A stretch of DNA of 61,599 nucleotides, counting the filler, from Hausera hauseri (lineage: Eukaryota): the NCBI GenBank assembly GCA_046269625.1. It is 11 parts of 11 records of this genome, joined end to end, with 100 filler letters (N's around TTAATTAATTAA, not from the genome) between each part and the next. Parts side by side here need not be neighbours in the genome. Positions count along the whole stretch, not along the records: positions 38,916 to 43,918 come from JBJURY010364261.1; positions 44,019 to 48,815 come from JBJURY010433026.1; positions 48,916 to 53,091 come from JBJURY010719546.1; 8 more parts are not named here. One strand, given 5' to 3'. The stretch's first letter is position 1; each line of letters opens with the position of its first letter. The position numbers were made by a program, and so were the translations under genes. This document shows, piece by piece, positions 40,205 through 50,804 of this stretch. The notes under the pieces were generated by a model. That model did no database searches, was not told the origin of the DNA, and was given only the letters and a program-made list of their open reading frames with translations.

Positions 40205-41119
40205 TCAAACAGTGTGATGATTGTCAACTCCCCAATCAATGTCAATATCACTATAACGAACATAGGCAGGCTGAGTATCAATTTCAATGGGTGTCGCTCC
40301 TGTATTGAGGAAATCAACTGCCGGAGGAATATAACACCTTTCTGAGCACATATGGAAAGGGGAGAGTACATTGTTATGATAAGTAGGCCGATAATTGGCA
40401 ACATTAGATAAAACAGGGGGACTAACATCATCAAAAGACGGGGAATGGAACAGCTCATCATTTCGGTAGTCACCCGCAACCTCCACACTTAATGATTGAT
40501 TATTAGGGATATAAATTGGAATACCAACAGGCAAAGTATCTGTAACAGGTAATGGTATGGGAATTACAGGAGGCTCATGATACTCCTCAGCAAGACGGCG
40601 GAAATCAACCTTGTTCTCTGTCAAAAACCTATCCCTACTCTCGCCAGTCCTATACAGCATAAAATCCCCAAACTCATATAATAGACAACGTTTCATGCAC
40701 GCCTCCTTTTGGGACAAGTTTATCCTTCGAGGCCAAAAGGACGACTGCGAATTATAAGTAAATATTACAGGGACCGACGACGGGACAACAACACTCTTGT
40801 ACAACCCACGTATAGATCGATTATCATGTACGTGGTTGCACTGAACTATTGCTAGGAAAATATCAGGGCAAACCTCAGAAAATCCAACGTCGTCAAAAAT
40901 TATTAAGTCGTACGATGAAGACCACTCCGCAGGAGTGTCGTGCAAGCTATGGAGGATCAAAGGGTTCTTTCCATGGGAGAGAGCGAAGCATGTTTTGCCT
41001 ATATTGCTGCTCCCAAACAATAAGGCAGTATTTACACCTTGTTCTAAACTAAATTGGAGAGGGAATCGTAAATATATAGTTAGAATTGACAACAATTTTT
41101 GGTTTAAATTTCGACGCAC
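40205..41119 (-). CDS. rep: Rep SF3 helicase domain
   Basis: Walker A GSSNIGKT, Walker B IIFDD, B' IRGLYK, motif C VIFTYN, Arg finger MKRC; Pro-rich tail. Confidence 0.9.
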   Translation of the reverse strand: MRRNLNQKLLSILTIYLRFPLQFSLEQGVNTALLFGSSNIGKTCFALSHGKNPLILHSLHDTPAEWSSSYDLIIFDDVGFSEVCPDIFLAIVQCNHVHDNRSIRGLYKSVVVPSSVPVIFTYNSQSSFWPRRINLSQKEACMKRCLLYEFGDFMLYRTGESRDRFLTENKVDFRRLAEEYHEPPVIPIPLPVTDTLPVGIPIYIPNNQSLSVEVAGDYRNDELFHSPSFDDVSPPVLSNVANYRPTYHNNVLSPFHMCSERCYIPPAVDFLNTGATPIEIDTQPAYVRYSDIDIDWGVDNHHTV

Positions 41120-41806
41120 AATAACTTTGCAATAATTTATGGCGGGTCACAAACTCCGCTCGGTCTCCTTCCTTCATGATATTCATAGCTTCCGAGACCG
41201 AGGGAGCATCATCGAATAACCTATAGAGGGCCTTCCTACTATTATTGTCCTTATTTATGTCGATTGGGGGACTACCGAGCTGCAAGCAAAAAATATTCGG
41301 AGTGACATTCTTGTTGTGATATTTATAGACTGCATAAATGTCACTCCGAAAAGGAATTACATAAACAAAATTGAAAAGACATTTAAATCGATGCAAGCGC
41401 ATCGGATTACGCAGATAAAATAAAAAGTGAAGGTGGTGGAAACCAGATGGAGAAGTATCCGCCACCACCTTCATATAAAATTTATACAAAAGCGACAACC
41501 GAATATAATTGTTTACCAATAAACATAAATCGACAGTTTCATCGAATTTCATAACGGCCATATAGTGGCGAAAGGTTGCTCCCTCTGGTGGCTGTATCAG
41601 TTCATCGAGGGGATCTGGAAATCTTCCTTGCAATGCATTTGTATATTCATCATGGGATGCAAATAATCTTGTGTAGAGACCATTCCTAGCATTGTGGACT
41701 GTGAAATTCTCACGATAACCCTTTGATAAAATAATAATAATAAAATTATTACCAATTGGTTTCTTTCCTCACGAGACATAATTTGGCTGTTAGACGATTC
41801 GGACAT
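41049..41806 (-). CDS. rep: Rep HUH endonuclease domain, spliced (exons 41806-41753, 41720-41049)
   Basis: Motif II GFHHLHFLF, motif III YKYHNK; the 32-nt intron 41721-41752 supplies an ATG start in frame. Confidence 0.82.
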
Positions 41807-41951
41807 TTAGCATAAATGAGATAATGCATAAATATTTACGAATTTATACATCATCTCATATAATGCATAATATCATTCACAACAAATAATAATGAATAGT
41901 TACTCACCAAGCTTTGTATTTGAATTGAACATGAAAACATTCTACTGCTTT

Positions 41952-42020
41952 TTGAGAATGAGCAACCAATAATATTAGCTTCTATATATAGCTCTATTAT
42001 TATTGGTTGCTCATTCTCAA
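41952..42020. promoter_or_regulatory. Perfect 23-bp inverted repeat enclosing a TATA-like loop
   Basis: TTGAGAATGAGCAACCAATAATA (41952-41974) / TATTATTGGTTGCTCATTCTCAA (41998-42020); loop contains CTATATATAG. Confidence 0.85.
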
Positions 42021-42332
42021 TCTACACAATATCTTTTTCTGGTTACCTAAAAAAGTAAATAGTACACACTCACTACTTATAAACTACTTACATTAATAAG
42101 TAGTATAAATGAAATTAAATATTAAATAATTATTTCGGGTACATAATTGATTCGGAATAACAAAGCCATGAGTAATAGTACATTTTACACAAGGAACTTA
42201 TTCACAAAGCACATCTAAAAATAGATTTAGTCACACTCAATTCCTGGTATTAAGAAAAAATATAAAAAAATATTTTTTTAAATACTGAATTTGAGCAGAA
42301 ATAATAATAATAATAATAATAATTCTATTATT

Positions 42333-42400
42333 GCAGCGCCACTAGGGGCGGCGCCCCTAGAAAACCACCAAACGAGATGCGAAGCATCGAGGAGGTGGTT
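42333..42400. promoter_or_regulatory. GC-rich hairpin cluster, candidate origin
   Basis: CTAGGGGCG-G-CGCCCCTAG; AACCACC..GATGC-GAA-GCATC..GGTGGTT. Confidence 0.6.
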
Positions 42401-42714
42401 ACCCACCCAACCCACCCTAGAAAAACGGCTGCATACGATGGGAATCAAGTAAATTCCCGTAATGCTCAAAGCGGGAATATCAAAGGCCGTAAAGTATTTA
42501 ATACAGAATGAGAATGAGCATATATATATATACTCTTTCTCAAAATGCTATAAAGAATATATATATATATAAGTGCTCATATCCTGCTCATACTCAAGTT
42601 ATATGACAGACTTTTCGTGCTCAATTTAGATGGGAATTAATTAGGCAAATTGAGCACACATTGAGCGGCGTGGTTACTATAAATAGAAACAACTACACAC
42701 ATACACACACAATT

Positions 42715-43244
42715 ATGGAAGATACGCAAACAACTTGGGCAGATTTTAATGATACGCCTGAGAAAATGTCTCAGTACAGAGATCAGGTCAATCCTATAAA
42801 GTTTACAGGTAAAAGAGAAGATCAAAGGAAATATTGGGATAATTTCCAAGCTAAACAAGATGAAAATAAAAAACCGGACCCACATTATTTAATTTAGGTG
42901 CATATTCACCTGATGAATGGCAACATGAAGTTGAACAGTGGGAAACATGGAGAAAATTAGATGATGAATTAAATATAATAGAAAATATGAATAATAAAGA
43001 GTACAGAATAACTATTGTATTATTACACACATTATATTCATTAGATAAAGAAGTACAAGCATTACATAACAAATTATGGATGCAAAGAGAATTAAATACA
43101 ATGACAAATTTTATGAAAATGCCAAACTACCACATGGAAATGCAGAAAATGATACAAAAATTCCACATGGGAATGCAGAGTTTTTGGGATCAACATATGA
43201 CCGAATTAGACCCCGATCAAACAGGAGAGCAAAACGTGCTGTAA
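42715..43244 (+). CDS. Orphan protein of the rightward arm, split by an 89-nt intron (42809-42897) or a 1-nt frameshift
   Basis: TATAAATA at 42678, ATG at 42715; AG|GTAAAA..TTTAG|GT joins to the 42987 ORF in frame. Confidence 0.55.
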
Positions 43245-43918
43245 GAATAAAAAATCTATTTACAGTTTTAGGTAGAATATTACGAACTGCAGCACGAACA
43301 ATATCAGTTGTAACAAGTAGAACTTATTTACGAGTAACTGAACTTATAGCCCAAGCTAGTAGAAGACAACGTATTAATGCATTACATAAAAAATTTAAAG
43401 CACCAACTAGGCCATCCACAAGAGGATATAATGAAATGCCTAAGGACAATATATTTAAAGATGTACCACCAAGAGAAGGCTGGGTTAATCAATTTAGCAG
43501 TAGAGCAAGAGATACGACAGGTGATCTAACACAGAAATTATTAAAAATGAAACATGTACCATCAGGAAGTAATGGATTAAAAAAACCATTAATTAGAAAT
43601 GAGGAATTACCGGGGACAAGTACAGGTGGAGCAACACCATATGGTTCTAACGCAATAACTAATAAAAAAGATAATTTAATAACACCATCACATACACCAC
43701 AACATCTAAAAAATCCTGCATATATTGAAGAATCCCCAGTACATGGAGGATTGAAATGACGTAAAGAACAAGCAGATAATATTGCAGCATTAGATAAAGG
43801 TCAACCAATCACACGAAAACATAATCGAATAATTAATGCGAACGAAATAAGTAAAAAAAGAGGGGAGGAGCTAACCCAGCAAGACCTACGGGCAAATCCA
43901 TCACGCCAGCTCTCCCAG
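43076..43918 (+). CDS. Basic orphan protein, possibly structural; single TGA at 43757 then open to contig end
   Basis: 227-aa K/R-rich ORF; same frame stays open for 53 more codons. Confidence 0.6.
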
Positions 43919-44018
43919 NNNNNNNNNNNNNNNNNNNNNNNNNNNNNNNNNNNNNNNNNNNNTTAATTAATTAANNNNNNNNNNNNNNNNNNNNNNNNNN
44001 NNNNNNNNNNNNNNNNNN

Positions 44019-47000
44019 CGATTCATCGAATTTATTTCAATCACATATCACTAACTATATAAGCCTGCCGAAAATTAAAAGATTAGCGAAGCCGAGCTCA
44101 CCGAAAGACGAACGCGGTCATTATTCCTATCAGAAGTCGCCGGATTCAGATCGTCGTAATTACAAATCATATCGAGATTTCCACAAAAGTACAAATTGTA
44201 AAATGTCGTGTATTTTGTACTTATTTGTAGAACATTACGACTACCACGGATACAACCGCCATTTCAACAAGAAACGTGATCATTATCGTAATGAAGGGTT
44301 CCACCATGGTGGACGATACAATCGGTTCGATGAACACCACGATCATCGAGATTATCACCGGAATAGATCTCGTTTTGAACAGAGCGACAAATTCGTTTCA
44401 GAAACCGATGATAGCGATTTGGGTAGGAATGAGCGTCCGAAAACCCCGGTGAAAGAGGAAATATTGCCGGAATTCAGTTGGAATGAATCGAAAGGTGCGC
44501 CGATGAATGACGTGAAACCGAAAAATTTTGATGCTGTTGATGACGTGGACGTTACGGACAGAGTTACTGAAAAAGTTTCTGTAAAGCCCGAACACAAAGA
44601 CGTAAAGAAACTGAAATCGACGAAGAACATTTGGGTTTCCAGTGATGACGATACCGACAAAACTGAGACGATGGCTGGATTGCACCGTGTCTCACCAAAA
44701 GTAAAAAGTCAAAATAATGTCCGTGTTACGTCAGATGTTGACAGTTTGAATGTAAGAATTGATTTGGTGCATATCTGGTTATATTTTGGTGTAATAGGAC
44801 AATTTGGAGAATGGGCGAATTGCACAGAAAGTGCCATCGAAGAAAAAGGAGAATCTCGAGAAGAAGGTACTATCGAAGACGAACGACAGAGCACTACAGA
44901 AATTATCATCCAAGACTGTACAAAAGACAAAGGTCGCCGAGGCAAAAAAGAAATTTCTGAGCGAGAAAGAAAACTACTTGTCGAGTGGCAGTGAATCTGA
45001 CGACGAGGAAGAGAAAAGCGAATCCGATTTTCCATCGGAACCGAGAAGTCCAATTGTGAAATCAAGACCGGTCAAAAAGGGAAAAGAGCCAGTGGAGAAG
45101 GTTAAAACGGTTGTTGAATCGAAAATGAGCGACGACGAAAGTTCGGTGTTCAGTCAGCAAATGGTCAGTAGACCGAACAGAAAACGGCCGGCTGAGGAGA
45201 GCTGGGACAGTGGCAGTGCTGTGGTGGTGAAGAGACAGAAACCGCAGGTGAAACACGAGGTGAAGGATGTCGAATGTGACAGTGTTACTCATGAATGTGA
45301 ACTCTACTTCAATGATCTTGTTTACTGGGACAAATTGGAACCAATGGAACGAAATTTATCATCGGCGTTCCACATACTCAGCAGTCTGCGAATTCAGAAC
45401 CACGCATTGGCTGGTCGGTTTTCGTCTTTGCGGCCGTCACGACGGAAACAGAGTTTTTCTCAATTCGGTAAGGAGAATACAATCAATCAGGTTCAACCGG
45501 TGGCCGGTCGAATTGTTGCACCAGTTAAGACATCGACGAGTGAAGCTAACGACAGTGGAGATGACAGTGATGAGTCCGTCATATTGGAAAATGTATGTTT
45601 TTTTGTATGATTGCGGGTTATTGTTGATTACAGTTTATCGATGGTCCTTATCAATGGGATGAGATTGTCAATCACGATCATTCATATTACCAGGTGCCCG
45701 TCATCGGTAATAGTATCACGTACAAGGTGCGCATGAGCAAGTCTGAATTGCGGCATAACAAACTGTGCGACAGGCGAGGAGACGATACAACAATTGGTAT
45801 AGAGAATAAGGTTGTTGATCCACCACCGGATGTCTGTCAAAATGCTAAGGTGCGTTGTCGTTGTCGTCATGAAGCGCTATCATTTAATTGTTATAGCTCA
45901 CCGAACTATTCATAGCGGGTGTCGACGCAGAGGATTTGCATTTCCTACAAATGGCATTCAAGAAGGTAATCACCGAGCAAGATGACAAAGACAAGCAGCA
46001 GAACAGCAAACTCATTGTTCCCGTTAGTACAGCCGCAGTCAGTGGTGACTCATTACTATCATCAGTCCAATGGGTCGATTACCCATGTACCAGAGTTCCT
46101 CCTCCTTCGTCAGTTCAGTTCATTGTCACCGTCGATGACGATCGACAGGTTGTCGTCAACAGGCCTTACCATCGAAAACGGAATTTCGACGATTGTTTCT
46201 CAGATAATTTCCGCAATCGGACAGACCGGAATAAGCGGCGAAAGGCGGAACAGGAAATGAATCATTCGGAAGACCATACGGGCATTGTGGCAGTTCATTC
46301 AACCGGATCAGCGCGCACACAGGGATTTTATAGGCTGACAAATAAGGAGAAACGTCTTGCTGCCCATGGGACTTTTCTAATGGGTAATAAAAAGATGCGA
46401 ATGCCGCTGGTGCCGGCGACGGCAGCCAAATACCTGCTCGACAAGACGTCCGAATGTACGGTGTTGTTTTGCTGTTGGATTTACTTCACAATTGTTTAGT
46501 TGACTGTTTGCTTGACGTAAAGGATAATCAGCGGGCTCAAATTCGAGAAGCTCGTTCCGAGCAGCGGCGCCTCCAGACCGAATTTCAGAATTTGGAGAAT
46601 GCCGGTGAATTGTTGCGGATCAATCAGCTTGGGGTTCGTTTTCGTCATTCATACAACATTCGTTTACTCGTCTTCATTTTCGTATAGGCCCGTAAAAAAC
46701 TGATGACATTCGCCAAATCATCTATCCATTCATGGGGTCTTGTCGCACTAGAACCCATAGCACCCGACGAAATGGTTATCGAATATGTCGGTCAGGTCGT
46801 CCGGAAATTCGTTGCCGAACACCGAGAGAAAAAGTACGAGGCCCGCGGAATTGGAAGTTCGTATTTGTTCCGAATCGACGACGAATGGGTTATTGACGCG
46901 ACCATGTACGGGAGCAACGCCAGATTCATCAATCACAGTTGCCAGCCGAACTGTATCGCCAGAGTCATCACTGTCGACGGCAAGAAGAAAATCGTTATAT

Positions 47001-47119
47001 ACTCCAAACGCCAGATAAACGTGATGGAGGAAATAACATACGACTACAAATTCCCATATGAAGAAGACAAAATCCCGTGTCTTTGCGGCAGCGTTGGTTG
47101 TCGTGGTACACTCAATTAA
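44019..47119 (+). CDS. SETD1: Histone H3K4 methyltransferase Set1/SETD1, 3' part, six short introns
   Basis: GVDAEDL, WIN motif [53 protein letters not shown], post-[16 protein letters not shown]; introns 44189-44230, 44752-44797, 45593-45633, 45850-45896, 46456-46499, 46634-46687 keep the frame. Confidence 0.93.
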
Positions 47120-48104
47120 CGAGACAAATTTCCTTGTTCTTTTTTTACTGGATCAGATTATTTTGGCAGCAACTGCAACGCGAAAGATTCTTTCTATGAG
47201 ATGATGATCATGAGCATTTATTCATTTGGAAACGCCGCGTCGTCTAACCATAACAACAGTCAGTATGTAAATAGATATATTAATGTTTTGTACATATGGA
47301 CTGTCATTTACAGTGTTTCAATTAGATGCTATTTGTATTTTGTGTTAATAAATTGGGTCACTGATATTCACCGATGTCCACCGGCAACCGTACGTGTCAT
47401 TTCGTCTATTTGCAGCGTTTCTAACGACAAATATTTGACTCTAATAAATATTGTTGTGCAATTTGGTGCTTTTAAGGAGTTTGGATTTTATTTGATCGAT
47501 TTTTGGACTAACGTTTTGTGATGGATTAGGTTCAGATTAACAATGTTAGCATTAGAATACTGCTAGGTTGATGGTCATGTTGAATGAATCTAATTTCCTA
47601 TATCCACCTTTACACTATGAAACACGGTTGTTTTTTTTTTCGGCACTTGTTCAATATCAGCAGTAATGTAGCCTGCGTCATTTTTAAAGCGTGAACTTCT
47701 ACAGGGCTGAACTAAAACCAAAACTTTGGGAGTATAATGAAATTGCCAATATGTATTGAAATAAAATAATGCGCGACAGGTCGAAATGTTGAAAATTAGC
47801 AAACAACAAGTTATTGATGCTAGATACGTTTTTGACCTTCATAGTAAAACTTAGTCAACAATTTATTTAATCGAAATCTATTTTACATGTATATACAAGA
47901 AATATTTTCATGCATCAATCGAAAAAAATGGTACACGAACATTTCGGTATTAATTATCGAATGCTTTAGTCAAAAATAAGCTGTGGAAAATCTACCTACG
48001 TATATGACAATCAGCATTAATTAATGCAGAATTCAACTATTATTTTATGTCCACAAGAAATCATAAACTATATTCAAAAACAGAAAAAATCCACGAATCA
48101 CTCC

Positions 48105-48356
48105 TCACATTCCTACAATGATATTATTAATTGGAATATGGATGAGTTTCACAAAGAATCCGATGAAACCCATAATAGCAAAACCTATGGCTGTAGCAAT
48201 GGCAATCTTCTTAAATTCTAAAACAGATATTAAAGAATTTAATACAGAAAATATGTCCATACCTTTTCGATCAGGTTTAGTACATCGGTTAACAAGACGA
48301 ATAGAATCTTTTGCAAACTGTTTTGCCGGCTCAATAAAATTCATAACCTGATCCAT
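48105..48356 (-). CDS. SEC61G: Sec61 gamma, 68 aa after removing 45-nt intron 48218-48262
   Basis: [31 protein letters not shown]|[36 protein letters not shown]. Confidence 0.97.
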   Translation of the reverse strand: MDQVMNFIEPAKQFAKDSIRLVNRCTKPDRKGMDIFSVLNSLISVLEFKKIAIATAIGFAIMGFIGFFVKLIHIPINNIIVGM

Positions 48357-48915
48357 TTGGTAAAATGAGAGAAAATAAAATTTGCCAACGAAAAATTATT
48401 TATGTTCTGTTGTTGAAATGAAATATTTAAACAAATGTTTATTTTAAATTGGTCGCAACGAAACAAATCCGTGATACGTATGGCAATTAATTTCGTGTTA
48501 AGTATATCTGCGAATATTATTCATTTATGAATTCTGATCTTAACTTTGCCAAATATATCTCACAGAAGGATGTGCATGGTTTTTGTTAATTATTGTTTCA
48601 TCAAGGAATACATTGCGTCTAAAGTTTTGATAATCAAAGAATGTGGCACTTTGGTGGGTATTTTCTATTTAAGAACAATTAAACAATGCAGAGTGTTTAA
48701 TAGAACATTGTAAAATATTAATAATGCAAAATTAAGGTTTAAACATTTACGTGGCGAATCTTTTGACTTTTGTTGGTGAGTTTTAGTTATAGCTACTAGG
48801 ATCACTTAAGGTCCCNNNNNNNNNNNNNNNNNNNNNNNNNNNNNNNNNNNNNNNNNNNNTTAATTAATTAANNNNNNNNNNNNNNNNNNNNNNNNNNNNN
48901 NNNNNNNNNNNNNNN

Positions 48916-50217
48916 CAATCAAATGGCCTTCTAGAAAATTTCCACCGAACATTGAAAACGTCACTAAGAATTCTGGAGGAGTCCAACACTAGTCGAACGA
49001 ATCTCCTTCCGTTTGTTCTGCTCGGCTGGCGGAACACTCCGTCCACTTCTACAGGGTGCTCACCTACTGAAGCCTTATTCGGAGCTCCTGTACGATCATT
49101 ATTCTAACTAAGCGCCCTAGACGACACTCCCACGGATGAGACAATACGAGCGGCGCAAAATCACTTCGTCGAGGTCAGCAAATATTCGTTCTGCAGGCTA
49201 CTTCACAAAGGCAAAACATAGTTACCCGAAGATTTGTATTCGGCAAAATTCGTATGGCTAAAGAATCAAGCGCCTTGGGGTTTTTAGCCACGGTACCTGC
49301 GGCCCTATAAACTGATACAGCTGCACTCACACAACGCCATTATCTCTAAAGACGGCAAAGACCTTGCAGTACACATTACTTTTAAAGCCCGCTTTCTTTG
49401 TCGACGACACCTTGCCAATTGACACGTCAACCTCTTTTCGCACTTCTCCACTCCCTGATATCCCTATATCTATTGTTACACCATTTCCACCTTCCTCTTC
49501 TACGCCTAGTCCTGCTCCATCATTTTCTACACTTTCTACTTCTATTTCTGCCACGCTCTCTGTATCACCTTCCTCTTCCACTACTTCACTCAACACAATT
49601 CCAATCTCTACTCCAACATTTTCTTCTCTGCCTTTATCCGCCACTACACCTTTCACCACTCCTTCATCTTGTAACACTCTTTTCAATGCCTTTAACCATC
49701 CATCTTCAACAATCCCTCTTACTTCTTCATCCGCTTCTTTTCTTTATTCCGACTCATCTTCACACGACACAACACCGATAACAAAATATACCAATTTTTT
49801 CCCCAACCTCAATCGCTACAAACAAACACATCGCATAAAGATACAGCATGTAGTCACATTCAGCAAGTATATCAGGAAAAAATCAGTCGAAGGTAACCAA
49901 CGTCTTATTCACACTAATCTCAACTGACACAAACACTTTTCGTTTTGCCATTTTTTCTATATATCCTTTTACTCTTCATAGTTTTAACTTTGCCACGTGG
50001 GGTAATGTGGTGCCCACATCGGCCACCGCCTTCTGGCCCATTCGGTTGGGCACAGCCGGGCTTCCGCTGCCGACGCGTCGGGCACATAGGCAGGCCCCGA
50101 TTTTCCGCCTTGAAACGGCACAATACGATTGCGACGTTAGACAACATACAGATAGAACTAAATTTACAATCACAATATCGATGCGGTTGCAAAGTCATAT
50201 CGACCAGAAACTCCACA
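48916..50217 (+). mobile_element. 3' end of a Gypsy element of the same family as 3362-8413; LTR 50006-50217
   Basis: QSNGLLENFHRTLK, PRYLRPY; colinear with 7313-8260; GGGGTAA|TGTGG..CCACA. Confidence 0.9.
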
Positions 50218-50804
50218 ACAGAAAATAAAGAAGGTTGAAGAGAAAGTGGACCAAATATTCTGATGGGGATGAATTCTAATATTGCATTAAAACATTATCA
50301 ATTTCTCGAAAAAATAGAGTTTCTCTCGTCGAAATACTTTTCTCCTCTGTAATAATATTCATTTCAATGAGCCACATATAGCAGTCCACAGAAGCATTTA
50401 GATAAATAATAAACGAATTCTCGTTAATTTCAGTCATTGTATATGTACAATATGTACAACACTGTATCTTTACAATTCGGAGTTTTCAAACTTCCGAACA
50501 AAATAGTTCCAAACAGCATCAGAAATTTCTCATTGAGATGTCGAAAACGGCTATTTCCTAACGATTTAATTTAGAATTTTCCTATTTATGACTTGTTATA
50601 AATTTTGCTTCTGAAGTGCAATTCTGTTTACACTGAAAGAGTCTGTACAGAAAGTCGTAGAGCATGATATACTTTCTTCTTATTATTAATTTATTTTACA
50701 AGTGCTTTTTAAAAAGATTTGTACTGCTACCATATAATTCCGATTTATGTAATTCTACACAATGAGACATTAACAAATTGTATGATTTTACAATAAGTTA
50801 GCAA

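Larger units (their letters stand above)
38916..43918. mobile_element. Unclassified virus-like element with two SF3 helicases (PEVE-like), partial
   Basis: Divergent arms around a hairpin-rich control region; HUH+SF3 Rep on minus; second SF3 C-terminus on plus; compact overlapping ORFs. Confidence 0.8.

Noticed and set aside
42172-42180. TACTATTAC (minus) as the CRESS nonanucleotide; also TAATATTAG at 41970
   Set aside because: The first has only a 3-bp flanking stem; the second is mismatched and lies at a stem edge; both are expected by chance in AT-rich DNA.
38916-43918. Helitron, or linkage of G to the Polinton contig (bidnavirus-like)
   Set aside because: The helicases are SF3, not PIF1/SF1; the PolB is on a separate contig, decayed and integrase-linked.
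48105-48356. Sec61 gamma with a 15-aa insertion
   Set aside because: The insertion is an in-frame 45-nt GT-AG intron.
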